Source: Raillietiella orientalis (taxonomy: Eukaryota). From it: a stretch of 64,000 nucleotides of DNA. How positions within the stretch are numbered: position 1 is the stretch's first letter; each line of letters starts with the position of its first letter. A model generated the notes under the pieces. The model did no database searches and was not told the origin of the DNA. It saw only the letters and a program-made list of their open reading frames with translations. Positions 48,976-61,900 of the stretch are shown here, piece after piece. Position numbers and translations under genes: made by a program. The stretch covers positions 2,046,001 to 2,110,000 of the forward strand of contig JAYWIR010000014.1 of assembly GCA_036172245.1 (NCBI GenBank), in the 5' to 3' direction.

Positions 48976-49018
48976 CTATTAATAAATCCCCGACATCACC
49001 CAAGCGCCCTATTTTTAG
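48976..49018. promoter_or_regulatory. Pair of MEF2-consensus sites upstream of the zinc-finger gene
   Basis: CTATTAATAA (48976-48985) and CTATTTTTAG (49009-49018) both match YTA(W)4TAR, inside otherwise very GC-rich DNA. Confidence 0.35.
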
Positions 49019-50274
49019 ATTCCCTGGCGAGGCCGTGCCCGCACGCGCGCGTCCATCAACGCCGCCGCCGCCGTTCGTCGCGCGCGCATACGCGTGGAGG
49101 AAGGGGTGGAGGGGGAGGGGAAGAAGGGAGAGAGACAGGGAGAGGGTCGGTTTTACCCTCTGCTCTCCTCTCTTCTCTTCCCCTCCCTGCTGCCGCAAGC
49201 CTCCCCCGCCAACCTCACTCTCGGCAGGGACGACTCCAGTCTCTTCTCCTCCGACGGCACCCCTGCCCACCCCACTCTTCGCCCCCCTCCTGCTGCTGCC
49301 TGTCCCGCCTTCTTCCGCCAAGTTTCATGCGGGGATACAGCAGGAAGGAAAGGGGTGAGGGTGAGGGTGGGAGGTGTAGGAGGAGGAGCACCCCCCTTCC
49401 AACCTCCCCTTACGGATGGATCTCGCCTCTTCCCTCCTTCCGCGAGCGCACCCTCATCCCTCACAGGCCCTGCTGCTACTCACCCTCGATCTTCTCGTGT
49501 TTCCCCGAAAACGGTCCGGCCGCTGGCTGCTAGTTCGCATGCTTCAGGGGGAGGAGGGGCGGAGTTGGGGTCGGGGGCCCTCGTGGGAGGCAGGATCCGG
49601 GCAAGGGGGCATCTCTGCGCAGGTCACCACTTGGCTTCTTCCCGGAGTAACGCGCCGCCGCTCGGCGAGGGGCTCCCATGAAACAGCCGCCGTCTAGGGA
49701 CGGCGGCCGGGAACGAAGGGGCGAGGGAGGGGGGAGGGAGAGGTCGCAGGGGGGTGCAGAAGGGGAGGGGGAGAGGGAGAACTGGGGGAGGAGCGAGAAG
49801 GAAGGCGGCAACTGCCTCGACTGGAAGGGGGAGGGGAGGGACGAGGAGGGGAAGCCCCAGGAGAAGGAAGGAACTGGCAAGCGGGAGGAGGCAGAGGAGG
49901 AGGAGGAGGAGGCGGGAGGGAGGGAGGCGGAGGAGGAGGAGGCAGTCGCGGTGCGGCGGCCTCCTCCGGTAGAAAAGGAGTCGGCGTCGGCGTCGGCGTC
50001 GGTGGCGGTGGTGGTGTAGGGGGAGACCGTGGGGCGGTCTCCCCTGACGACGGCGGTGGTCGTCGCGGGGCGGAGGTGGTGGGTGCGGGGGCGCAGGGGC
50101 ACCGCGCGCACACTTCCCGGAGGCGGCGGCGGAGGCGGCTGCACGCGGGCGGCTCCTTCGGTTCCCCGGCTGCTGTTTGCGGCACTTATCGATCGGCGCC
50201 GCTCCGCGTCCCCTGCTGCTGCTGCTGCCTGTTTTGCTCCATCCCGCCGGGCGAACGCGGCTCCAGCTCATCCG

Positions 50275-50445
50275 ATGACTGAAAAATTCAATTTTACAGC
50301 CTCCACAAAACTTGAAACCGACCCGGCGGCGCGCAGGCGCGCTGGCGCGCGCGGCGGGACGGAGGGGAGGCGCGACTGCCGCTCCGCCGCGGCGGAGCTC
50401 CCGCGCTCCGGCCGGAGACCGAAGGGTACGCGGCGGCCAATCACG
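50275..50445 (-). promoter_or_regulatory. Candidate core promoter or splice-acceptor site for the zinc-finger transcript
   Basis: AT-rich islet reading GTAAAATTGAATTTTTCAGTC on the minus strand (TTTTCAG at 50285-50279, overlapping an Inr-like TCAGTC) in the most CGCG-dense part of the domain; GGCCAATCA box at ~50435-50443. Confidence 0.35.
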
Positions 50446-52833
50446 GAGGAGCGAGCCGGGGGGAAAGAGTTGGGCGGCAGGCGGGAGGGCGGGAGGGCGG
50501 GCGGGCGCGCGCGCGCAGCAGGCAGCCGGCGGAGCTCGAGAGCTGCTGTTCCGCCGAGCGCCTCGCGCGCCTCCTTTGCGCGCAGGCGCGGCAGCGCGCG
50601 CGCCGACGCCGATCCCAGCGCTCTCTCGTGGCTCTCCCCCATCCTCTTCCTCCTCCTCCTCCCCCTCGTCTCAGAGGCGGCGGCGGCACTTGCGACGGCG
50701 CGGGAGACTGCGCGCGGGGCCGCGGCGAGGAGGTGGCTGATACCGCGTGGCACAGGAGGACACGCCCGCGCTCAGGAAACGAAGGATGGAGCTAAGATCA
50801 GGGAGGGGAAGGCCCCGCCATGAGCGAACGAGCGTCCCCTCCGTCCTTCTTCCGGCCCTCGGCGTGGCCCTTTCCGCAGACTCGGACGGGACTCCTGCTG
50901 CTACGACTCCAGAGGGCGCGCTCAGCGGTGGGTCAGCGGGTCATGGTTCCGGGTCCTGAAAGTAGCCTCGGGACTCCTTCACCCTCCCTCGAGGAAAGGA
51001 GGCGTCCCCACGGTGCGTAGGCGGAGCGGGAGCGTCCCGGCGTCCTCCCTTCCCCTCTCTGCGCCTCCCGGGTCGCTGCTTTCCCAGGAGCCACTCGTCT
51101 GCGGCGGGCGACAGGTCGCTCCCAGAGCGCTTCGCCTCGAGCAATGCACGACGTCCGGCGACGGTCTCCCGCGCCTGCTCCCTCCCCACGGATGACTTTC
51201 CTGGATCTCCCGGGAGGAGAATCCCGAGCCGTTCTTTCCCTAGCTCCCCTCCTCGCTCACTGGAACGCCCCCGGGATACGGGAAAGGGGGAGCGGATCAC
51301 TCTGCGGAAGGGGAGAAGCTGGGATCTGAGCAGAGATGGGCTCGTCGGCCTCAAAGAGGGGCGGAGGGGAAAAGCCCTTATTTCCTCCTCCTTCCCCTAC
51401 TCCTTTCGGGGTCTCCCTACCTCGCGCGCGCCGGATCGCACGCGGTGGCAGCCGTCCCGACCGCTCTCGGGCCCGCTGGCGGGCGCGGACGGGGCGGCGG
51501 CGAAGGGGGAAACGCGGGCTGCGCACGCGCGCGCAGCGGCCTCGCCCCTCCCGCCACCGCCGTCTCCGCCGTAAAGGGGACCGCGCGCCCTTCGGAGGGG
51601 AGCACGCCGCGGGGAAGGGTTCGAGCCGGAAAAGGACAGCGGCCGGGAGGAGGGGCTCACGCGCTCAAGAGGGGAGAGGGGATGGAGAAGAGATGAGTCG
51701 GGTGATGCTCCTTTCCCGCGTGGGGATGGCCGCTGGAACGGCTCCGAAGACCCTACGCCCTGGTCGGGCATGGACCCCCATCCCCCTACCCTTCCTCGCC
51801 CCTTAATGCGGTCCCTCCGGCAGGGAAATCCCTCCTTCAGGGAAGCTACAAAGGGTTATTGTGGTGGGGGGACAAGGTCCGCAGGCGGCCGCAACCGCTC
51901 GCTCTGGGAGGTCCCCCTAGGTCTCGGCTCTCCGTTGCATCTGCCTAGACGATCTCCCCTCCCTTCTTCTCATTCCCCCGCGTTTCACGGAGGAGGTGAG
52001 AGAAAAAAAAAAAAAGTGGGGTGGAGGAGAGATGGCAGGAATATTCTCCCTGGGAGCGAGGGGAGTGCGACGCGTACTTTCCGTCTCCTCCCGTGCGCCA
52101 CCTTTTTCTTCCTGGAGCGGCATCCTCGTTCGGGAGAACACAGGTCGAGAGGGAGGAAGGAGGAGCGGCAGCATGTGAGTGAGGAGGAGGGGGTGGGGTG
52201 GAGGAGCGGCGGAAATCGCCAACGCGGGAACGTCCCTCAAGGAAAAATGTCGTGGACGTTTCTCTCTCTCCCCTCCCACCCTTTGCGCGACCGCTCCGCC
52301 GCCTGGCGGCGCGTTCAGGGAAGTGGAGGAAGGGGACGGTCCCTTTCCTGCTCACGGATTTTTTCCCCTCAAGTCCCATCCCGCTTCGGACGGCGGCGCA
52401 GCTCGTCTTCCGCCCCACTCCCGGGAGCCGCGTTCGGGAAGAAACGACGCGGAAGGAGCGCCTCTCCGGCTACCGCGCGGCCCAGACCTTCCCTCACTCC
52501 TTCCAGGGAGCGCGGACCGGGAGGGGACGGAGCGCGGAAGGGAGGAGAAGCAGCAGAGAAGGGAGGAAGCGGATGCGTCCCTTGGCCACCGGCGTCTCCT
52601 CGCTCCCGCCTCTCCTCTCTCTCCCCCAGATCCTGCACTCGCAGCTTCCGGCGGGAGTCATAGATGGGGATACACACACGCTGTAAACGCCTTAATTATT
52701 CCGTCCGCTGTGCGCAAGCCGTCCCGTCCCGTCCTGCCTCTTCGGCTTCTTAATAAACGCCAAGATGGCAGACCTCACGGAACGGCTCTGCTCGCGTCCG
52801 GCTAATCACGCCAATTCCATTAGACGAATCTCA

Positions 52834-52901
52834 TTGTTATTGTTATCATCATCATCATCACCATCATCGTTGTTGTTGTTGTTGTTGTTGTTGTTACTAC
52901 T
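52834..52901. repeat. Compound trinucleotide microsatellite (TCA)n-(TGT)n-(TAC)n
   Basis: Read directly from the sequence. Confidence 0.9.
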
Positions 52902-55900
52902 CCACGGGCAGACACGCATCGCGAGGGAGAGAGGGAGAAGGAATGGGAGAGGGGTGAATTCGGCAGCAGCCGAAGTTGCCTGATTCCGGGGAGAATTACG
53001 GAAGCCAAATACCTATTTCCTATAGAATCTCACTCTTGCATTCTTTTCCACATTGCGTACCCGTCAGTGTTTCTGGCATTAAGAAATTGCATTGCAAGTT
53101 AATGGCTCGGTCCACAGCTGTTTAATAGCCTCCACCTAAGCATGAGATATTTCTCGCGAGCAGCATCATTATAAATACAAATCCCCATCCTCCTTTCCGA
53201 AAACTTCACACTCCTTTCTGTTCAGGTTTCATTTCATTTTATTTTATTTATTTGCTCTCCTGTGAAGGCGGGGAATCCAAACGGGATGGCTTCCCGGTTG
53301 AGGAACCGAGTGGGGAACTTTCCCGGGTTGCGTTCTTGACCGAAAAGAAAATACACTTGAACCCTCCTACATTTGATTATCTATAGTTTCAAGATTATGA
53401 GGGGAAGAAGAAGGAGAAGAAAGGGGGGGGGGGAGGGGAGGGGGGAGAGAAAAAGAAAAGAAAAAAAAAATTGATTCAATTCTTTAGAAAATGCTTGCTT
53501 TCGTAATTTCCTTGCCTACGAGTCATGTCATATGAAGCAGAATTCCTAGTGGTGGTGGTGGGGAGGGAGGGAGGGGGAGATTAAAGGGCGAAGACCCAAG
53601 TTGTGTCGTACGATTACCGAAGACGCTTTAAAAGTTCTTCTCACTCCCGAATCTTCGCGCCTCGATTTACATCAAACGGACAAGTCCCCCCCCCCCCCTC
53701 AACCCCTAAAGAGCAAAAATAGAGGAGGAGGGAGGGGAGGGGAGTGCCACGCACATTTTCCAACAATGCCCGGCAAATGATGACGAATTCGGTTCTCCGG
53801 GCGACCGGTTCGCGTCGTGGTTACGGGCCTTTGCCTCATCGTGCTGCCGCTGAGATGTGGCCAGTTGTTCCCGCCCCGCCTCGACGGTTATCCCACATTG
53901 AGGAAGCCCCCAGTGAACACGGAAATCAGAAGGGTTCCCAGAAAACACGCCCTCCTAGGAGAGAACACCGTTCTAGGGTAAGGATTTACGTACGGTGCGG
54001 GTACGCCACTTGGTTGCGTGCCGCGCTCGCAGGCGTCTAAGCCCCAGCACGGCGCATCGCAAGTAATCAGGCAGATTGATTTGATAGGTGTGCAAAAAGG
54101 CAAAATTGAAATTTCTTGTTTCCAAAACACCAAATCCTTGTTATGAAAGAATTGTCCCTGAAGCAGGAAGAAAAATGAAGGAACGGGAGGGAAGGGAGGG
54201 AAAGGAAATCCGGTCCGAAAAATGCACAAACTCTTGATCGATAAGTCCGCAGAATTTGCACCGTGACAATATGAAAGCTCGCATTTTACATTGGAATCGT
54301 GGATGATGATGATGATGATTCACGTATGTGCTCAGTCGTAAGCGTGTGTGTTACACCACGCCTCACCCCTCAGTTGAAGCAAGTTTGCATGCTTCTCTAG
54401 GATGCAAATTTCTTCTTTTCCTTCACTACGAGTGGTTTCTGTTATGGAATATATATATGTGTGTACAAAATGGAAAACTTTTTGGTTTGCTTCATTGTGC
54501 CCAAAACAGTTCGAACTGCATTATAAGGAATCGCTGGCTTGCTTATTACGCAATACAAAACTTGTTGTCTCAAATATGTCGGATATTTTTTTATTCATTC
54601 CATGAGCCTTGTAACAGCCATATTTTGCGACGCAGACCGCAAGTATTGGCGAACCGAACGGACCCAAGAAGCGGAAGAATCAGATCCCCCGTATATGAAA
54701 GATTCACTTCAAGTTAAGCGCCCAGTAATTTCAGCATGAGGGCTCTGTGAGTGAGTTCATTTTGAGGGAGAACGGAAAAACGCGAAGCAAACATCAGCAA
54801 GTCGATCTTTGCGAGCCAGACCAAGACTTAAAATGTTTCGTTTCGATAGGAAGCACGTGTTGCTTTTATTTTCAAGTTTTCCAGGAGCAAAGTTCGTGGG
54901 AAATCACGGTTCGAGGAGGAGCGATGACAGTTTTACGGACTTCCAGGAGCCCTCCCCACCGAAATCCTCTTTTGCTCGGTGCAGAATTATTTGCTTCCCA
55001 GCTCTGAGGAACACGTCAAGTGGCGACCAATTTTATTGATACACGAAGTGGAGCATATATAAATTGCCAACACGATGTATACAAACTTGTTCGCAGGCAC
55101 ACGCAAGCACAGACACACATACGTGTGTGTACAGATGTGGGTACGGTGGATATACAAGCGCGCGTTCGATTGTGTTTGGGAATTTTTCTCAACCTTTGTA
55201 CTTAGAAGCATGTGGAAGAACAGAATGCCGAATGCCTACCAGCAGCCGAAAGAAACCGACGAAGTCGAAGTTTTCCAAGGTGTTGCACGCCGAAGTCGTC
55301 CATGCGTCCAACGCGATTTTTTTTTGCGCGAGTAACTTCCTTTTCTGACTTTTGCAATACCGGAGCCTCATTGTTTTCGTGACGCAATCACGTGGCAGTT
55401 CCTATCCTACGAAAATCCCGACGCGGTCCTGAGATTCGTGGCTCGAAACTCCCCGAAACTTCTTCCATGCAGTGAGGTAACGCGCATCCCAGGAACCGCA
55501 GTTGAATGCTTCTCGAATCAGAGAAAATTGGTTGGTTCTTTGCAGAGAGGTGCCTGGCGTAGCCATGTGCGCGGTGTTTCCTTTGACTGTTTGCTCCTTG
55601 CTGCTGATGGATTGATTGCTTTAAATTCATTGGATGCTGCTCTGAATTCATCAGTCGCATCTTTCACATGTTCCATGATGTGGGTCTTTCGGTTCCCTTG
55701 CGTGGCAAACCCGAATTTCCTTTTGCTTAGGGATGCGAGCACACAAGTGGATACTGTGGATCCAGCATCGTTCCTCTGCAAGCAATGCACATCCTACCGC
55801 CATCACCCATCGTGTAGCATGTGCTGTACGCAGTTTTTTCACGGGCTCCATCTTGAGGGTTCCAACCAGCCTTCACGTTCCTCTCTAGGGGTCTCTCTGG

Positions 55901-58900
55901 GTCCGAGAGCCTACCCACACCCCAGGTTGTCAGGACTTTATGCCATTTTGTCGCACAACGTCCAAGGGACTGTTAGGCTCAATTGGCACGACGGCAGGAG
56001 CATAGTAATAATCAGAACCGTGTCGAGTACCTGAGGTTGTGTGGGAGGTCCGCGCTACTCCTTGTATAATCTTGTTTCGAAAGCGACTGATTAAGTGAGG
56101 GAATGCCCGATTCGAAACCCGCCGATCATCGAAAAGAGGTTCTTCCGGGTTTCTTACTCATTCCGGAACTAACGAGTGCTTGAAATTTACTTGCTTTTCA
56201 ATTGGATTAAGGAATTTCCATTCGAAAGTGAGAGAGAGAGAGAGGGTAGGAGGGATGAATATGGAGAAGCCCAGTGGCATTTCCTTTCAAATGCAAAGTC
56301 GACTCTTTTTCATGACCTTCTGGTTTCAGGGATCAATAAAAAGCATTTGGATGGATGGTCAAATTCTGGCTCCACTAATTTTATCACAACGTACTCAGGG
56401 ATACATCGGGAAAATTTGAACATCATGCGTGCTGAATAGGACATTAGAACATCACGCGGCAGAGCTGGAAGTGCATGGATCCGAAATGATGCAATTCCAG
56501 AAATCCTGATCGTCATAAAATGAGAAATGCGAATGTTTCAGAATCTTGAAATATGAAAACAGTAAACTAAGGAACGGAACGAGGAAGGCGGGGTGGAGTC
56601 TCGGTTTTTGAAGATGCTGTGCTATTCGCTCACTGAATAATTGGGATTCTTTTCGAGATGAAAAATATGTATATACACATATCTATATCTACATCTGCGA
56701 TTCCGGAATGATTGCGCAACTCTTGGAAGAGGGAGGAAGGAAGGGGGAGAGGAAAAAAGTCGAAATTCTTCCAAAAATGGATCACTGCTGCAACGAGTAC
56801 TCTCTCACGCACGAATCGCCCTGCGAACAATTCCTTCTGCCTTTTTCACGCTGCTGTGTGTGATGCACTCGCTCCCTCGTCATCGCTCGGTATCTCAAGA
56901 GATTAAATGAGAGTCGAAAATATTCATCTAATATTTCAAAGATGATTGTTTGCTGTCAACAATTTTGGGAGGGATGCAGAAACTTATTCATCATGGATGC
57001 TACCGCTACTTATGTGCGGATGTTTACGGCTCTCTCTTTTTCTGTTCAATGCCTCCGTTGCTGCTCCAAAGATCACCTCCAAGTTCGTTTTATTTGTTTA
57101 TAGAATCCATAATGCCCCTGTGTCAGTAGCAATGCAAATTGCAATTCAGAATTTCTTAAGTTACATCCTCTCCAGATTGTTACCATACAACACATGTATC
57201 TGTCTGTTTGATATGATCTTAATGGACGAATGCGTCGAAAACTGGAAAACAGGGAAAACGGGATGGTAACCTTAAGTAAAACCGATGTTTCTCATCGGTT
57301 TCTCCTGTTTGGATATCTCCTTTCTGGACCTTGGATGAAGAAAATTGTCTTTCCTTCTTTACTCCTTTTTTTGCCTAGATCGCACAGCATGAATCCATAT
57401 GTTTCCATTTCGCCTTTCAGCAGAATTACCATTCAAGTTTTTTGGAACTCACGGTGCCGTTACCAAGCAATACGGCATGCTCTTCAAAGGTTTCTTTCGA
57501 AGAATATGCTGTCGCTCCCTCTCCGGTTCGCAAACGCTGTGCGATTCTCCCTTTCCGAACAGAAATTTGCAAATTTTTCGGACTTCCTGTATTCCTACTT
57601 TCTAGGGTATTTGCCTTCCATCGTCCCTTCCCGAGGAGAATTCGGGAATTCAGAAACAAGCAGCAGACAGCATAAAGGTTTATGGCTTCCCAAGAATGCT
57701 CATCGGGCAGTGAGATGTTTCCGAGCTGAGAAGCTGCATGGAGGATTGCAATTGCGCAATTCAGTTCTGGAAGACTTTTCCGGACTCCTTTGGCGACCTG
57801 CTCGATGCTCCAGAGATCGCTGCTGCCGATGATGCTTGTTTTCCTGTAAACGAGCGTTTTCATCCTGAAGAGATTTCTTCTACTGAACTCGGAGGTGCTC
57901 AGAAAGCAAAGCATCCAGACTTTCTGCTTCGACTTCTCACCAAAGGAACCGTCGGGCGCTCTTCCTGTTCATTCTGTTATCAGCAGGTGCGCTATTCCAA
58001 GAAACCTAGACTTGGGAAAGAAAATCAGAGGAAGAACAGGGAAAATCAGGCAGTGCAAAAGCGACGCCATACTGAAACCTTTCCTCTGCTTCTTTTCTCT
58101 TCTTCTTCTTCTTTTTTTCTTTTTTAAAAAGAGACAGAGAGAGAGAAATATAGAGAAGGAGGGAAGCAAAAAAATGAATAGATACATTGGACTCGTGTCT
58201 TTATTGTAATGAGCTCTTTGAGTAGGAAGCCATACTGAAATTACCCTTCCTTATTTTGGTCACTCTGAGTGCTTCCTTTTGATATGGAAATCAGAGGCAG
58301 ATGGAATAGACAGCCATCGTGAAGATATGCGATCCAGGGAAGATGAAGCCTTCCTAACCAAATCCAGAATATTCATTTAGATTGAGGTGCGTTTTGCAGT
58401 TTCTGTAACAAAAGGATGAAGAAGATATGCTATCCTCGGAAGGCGAGGAGGTAAAGAGTGTGTTGGAACGGCTAGGATACTCGGTTGGGAGTGGTTGTCG
58501 GAGATCCGTGCGTTTCTGAGCAGTTCACCACCAGTCTTCCTCCTTCTTCCCTTCCCACATGTCATTTGGTCGCGGATTTGTTAGGCAAGTGGTGGCCGCA
58601 AAAGCACCTCTTTCTCCTTCGGAATGGATGCAGTGACCCTTGACTCAAAAACGTCATGCTGGGTGGGGTGTAGGTCCTGCAGAAGACGACTTTAGCCACA
58701 GAGGTGCTCGGCACCCCGGAGAGAAGTTCAATGCCGATCTCCTCTCTCCTTCAAGTTTCGTTTCTCTCGTCGTCATTGTGTTCGTAGGCGAGCGTCTGTT
58801 CTCCAGCTTACCTTTGCTGTATCTTTCGGTGCAAGGTAGTAGGTGGTCGTGGGGGAATTTGTTCTCTGAGACACGAATGGCATCTGCCGATATCGCATTG

Positions 58901-61900
58901 TCGTTGAGACCGGGCCAGAGGTGGTCGCCATTCTCATTCCACCCCTCAGGGAATGAGGGGAAGAAGAGAACTGAGCTGGAGAGGGTGGTGACATCTTGGA
59001 GCAAGTGAGCAGGGTGATGCTGAGCGGATGCTGACCACCGGGAAACGGCCTCGGTGCTCCTTTGACACGTAAGAAAAAGTCCATACTCCTCGAGCTCTCC
59101 GGAAGCTCCTGACCCGAAGTCGTGCCACCTCTTTCTACGCAATGAGGTGCTCATCTTCCATCTTCCGATACCACCAATCCCATCTTCCAATTTCCGCTTC
59201 CTGCTTCAGGAGATTATCTTGTCCCGTCCTTTCGCGCTTCCGAGAAGTGCGAGAGCGCTTTTTCCGGGGGAAAAGGAACAAGTTGTTCCCGCAAGATTAC
59301 AAGCGATCGCGGTTTACGAGTTTCCAGGGATCTCGCGAGGAGAGAAGAGAAAATGGGAGGGAAAAAAAACACGACATCGGAATGACTGTGTGATGTGCTG
59401 TTGGTGGAATTAATCCGACCTGCTGCAGAAGAGAAACACTGCCGTACTACCGGAAAACCAGATCGCTGCCTCGCCCTCCTCCTCCTCCTGCCTATAAATC
59501 ATCGGACTTGAGACGAGAGAGCTCGCGTCTCTGCTCGACGCGCACACGAAAAGAGCGGTCGTTCCTCGCAGTGAAAGGAGCTGTTCTTCTGGGAAGCCGG
59601 CGACGGGAGAGAGAACGTTCGGCAGAGACGACTGCCGCCACCACGGCTGCACAACTCCTTGCGGCCTCCTTTTAGATGCAAGTTCTTCTTAGTATGGTAG
59701 CTGGAGTCGTTACCCAGCTCCAAACAACTTCCCAGCAGGTGAGTTATCAGTAAGGAGGAACTGCAATTGTTCATCAGTCCTGTGATCTGCGTTGCTTCCA
59801 CTCCAAGCAGAAAGTAATCTTGGGATTGGGCGATTTCAGAACGGCGGGTTTCGACGCAAACGTCCCAATGGAGCTCAGTTGCACTTCCTCCAGGCTGTTT
59901 TCCCATTCGTGAGTTGCAGTGAGAGGCGTTCTGGTTTTCTCTCCGAGGCTTCAGCAGGAATCCGCTCCCGCCGTAATTTTTCTGTTCTCCCTGGATCAGT
60001 TGCTTCCTCCAGATCGGGGTACCAGCCTTTCAAACCACAGTAGAACTAGAACAGCGTGTCTCACTGCATGGAGATACACAGGGATAGAACGTGTGTCATC
60101 CTGCTGCTGGTGACGGCGATCCTAAATTCAGATGATTGGTATACGGCTGTTTCATGGCATTATCAGATGTTGCGAACTCCTAGTCGGCCTATCATAAGTA
60201 TCGTGCGTTCCTATGACTTTCATCATTAGGTAATATAATACTTGGGTGAATTATCTAATATTATTACAAAATTTAGGCCTGCATTCTTCTTTTCGACTGA
60301 GAATGTAATTGCAGGAGCAATTAAACGTTGGGAAATCTCACCTTCTCTTTAACAGTTTTTTCTTTCGGTTGTTTCGGCTTCATCTTCGCTTTTGTGGAAT
60401 CATTTCAGGAGCGGTATGCATACACTTTGATCGCTTCTCGGCCTTTTGGTTGAGATCAACGCGTTCTTCCCATGCCCCGACAACACGCTTTCTTCCGAAC
60501 GTTATTATCCATCGCTGAAAAACGCAACTTGCAGCTATGCAAATCAGTTGAAACGAAACATGGATGGCATGGTAAAGCCAAACCGGAAAAAAAGCAACCG
60601 CATTCCATCTCCACCGGTGGACCGTGTAGAGCCCACCCTTTCAATCCCTCTAGCTTCCCTACGACGGAACACCATCGGTTTCAACGAGGTGCGTCCATGG
60701 CAAACGCACTTTTGCGGCCTGACGACGAAAGATTGATGCACTTTGTGAGTTTCAGAGAGGTGTAAGTGCATCTCCGAAATAGGCAATACAAGTTTCGTGT
60801 TCTAAAAGCGAGTAAATTTTTCTCTATTTCTTATACTGAGGGTGAGAAGCACATCAGGAATATAAATTAGAATTACTGGAGAATGCACATGCTGTTCCAG
60901 ACAGTCGTCACAGTGATTAATTTTTCTTTTATTTTGATCAATGGAAAACTGTTTTGACTGGAATTAAAATAGGATCGAGTCCAGTAATGAACGTCTGCAG
61001 AGTTTGGGCAATACGTTTTAATTACAAATCAATAAGATCAGTTCTTGAAAGTCTTCATTTTTTTTCCTCTTGATGATTCGGTCTTTCCGAATCAGAGTAG
61101 TTTCAGAGATGTCAGAACGGCATCCTTCAGCCCAAGACTTTTCTATTTTTCCATTGTTTCTCCCTTATATTTCTACCATTACTGTTTCTCACACCGACAT
61201 CCTTATCTTAAACGAACGCGATTAACAAAAGGAATCCAAGGCGAATTTGTGCAGATGTGGAGAACCGAGAGTCATATTCTACGGCGATAATTGCTTAATT
61301 ATTCTTCCATGCATCCGCACCTTGACACAGCTATCCAGTTCAACTATTTTAAAGTGAGAAAATTAAGGATGGTTAAAGGTCATTTTTTGGTTTTTCATCG
61401 ACACAATGCGATTCCTCTTTTCATCTTTCACAGAAAAGAGGGGAGGGGGGGAGAGACGGGAAAATCAGTAGAGTGCATCAATGCCATCAATTATGTGCAG
61501 TGAATATTCAGCATAACGATAATGACATCATCATGTGCTGTTTGCGATGTTTCATTAATTTTTTTTTTTTTCTTTAGGAGACACTTACTTATTTTAATCA
61601 AGTAAATGAAGGTCACCTCTGATTGACAAATTACCATAAGAAATCGGGAGAGCTCATCGGTTTAATCGGAAAGAATTCCAACCTCGCGTTGTTTTTTGCT
61701 ACACCATTTGCGCGCGTTCCCCATGCAGCAGCGTTCTTTCAGCTTTGCCTACGTGTTGGTGCTCAGCAAAGTTGAAAAGAAATTTAAAAATAACAGATCG
61801 CTCGAGCATTTGCTGCGTGTTTTGTCTCGAGAAACTTCTCAAGTGTCCGATGGGATTTTATTGCAGACGATTAGGCTTGTTCCCGAATTATTCCAGCGCC

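Larger units (their letters stand above)
33300..52900. other. Large GC/CpG-rich domain enclosing the zinc-finger gene and its flanks
   Basis: Very high G+C with dense CpG, GGA/GAG repeats and G- and C-runs; reverts to AT-rich sequence after ~53 kb. Boundaries are approximate. Confidence 0.75.

Noticed and set aside
55720..55980. Minus-strand peptide KWHKVLTTW...PERPLER...W, faintly like the C-terminus of RTE-clade LINE ORFs
   Set aside because: The similarity is only impressionistic, with no RT motifs nearby and stops upstream. A BLASTX or Dfam hit would be needed.
56085..56130. GATTCGAAACCC, resembling a tRNA T-loop or B-box
   Set aside because: No cloverleaf, acceptor stem or A-box could be built around it.
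58321..58442. 22-bp imperfect direct repeat (GAAGATATGCnATCCnnGGAAG) 100 bp apart
   Set aside because: Only two copies with 3 mismatches and no array structure; not CRISPR-like, and no function can be supported.
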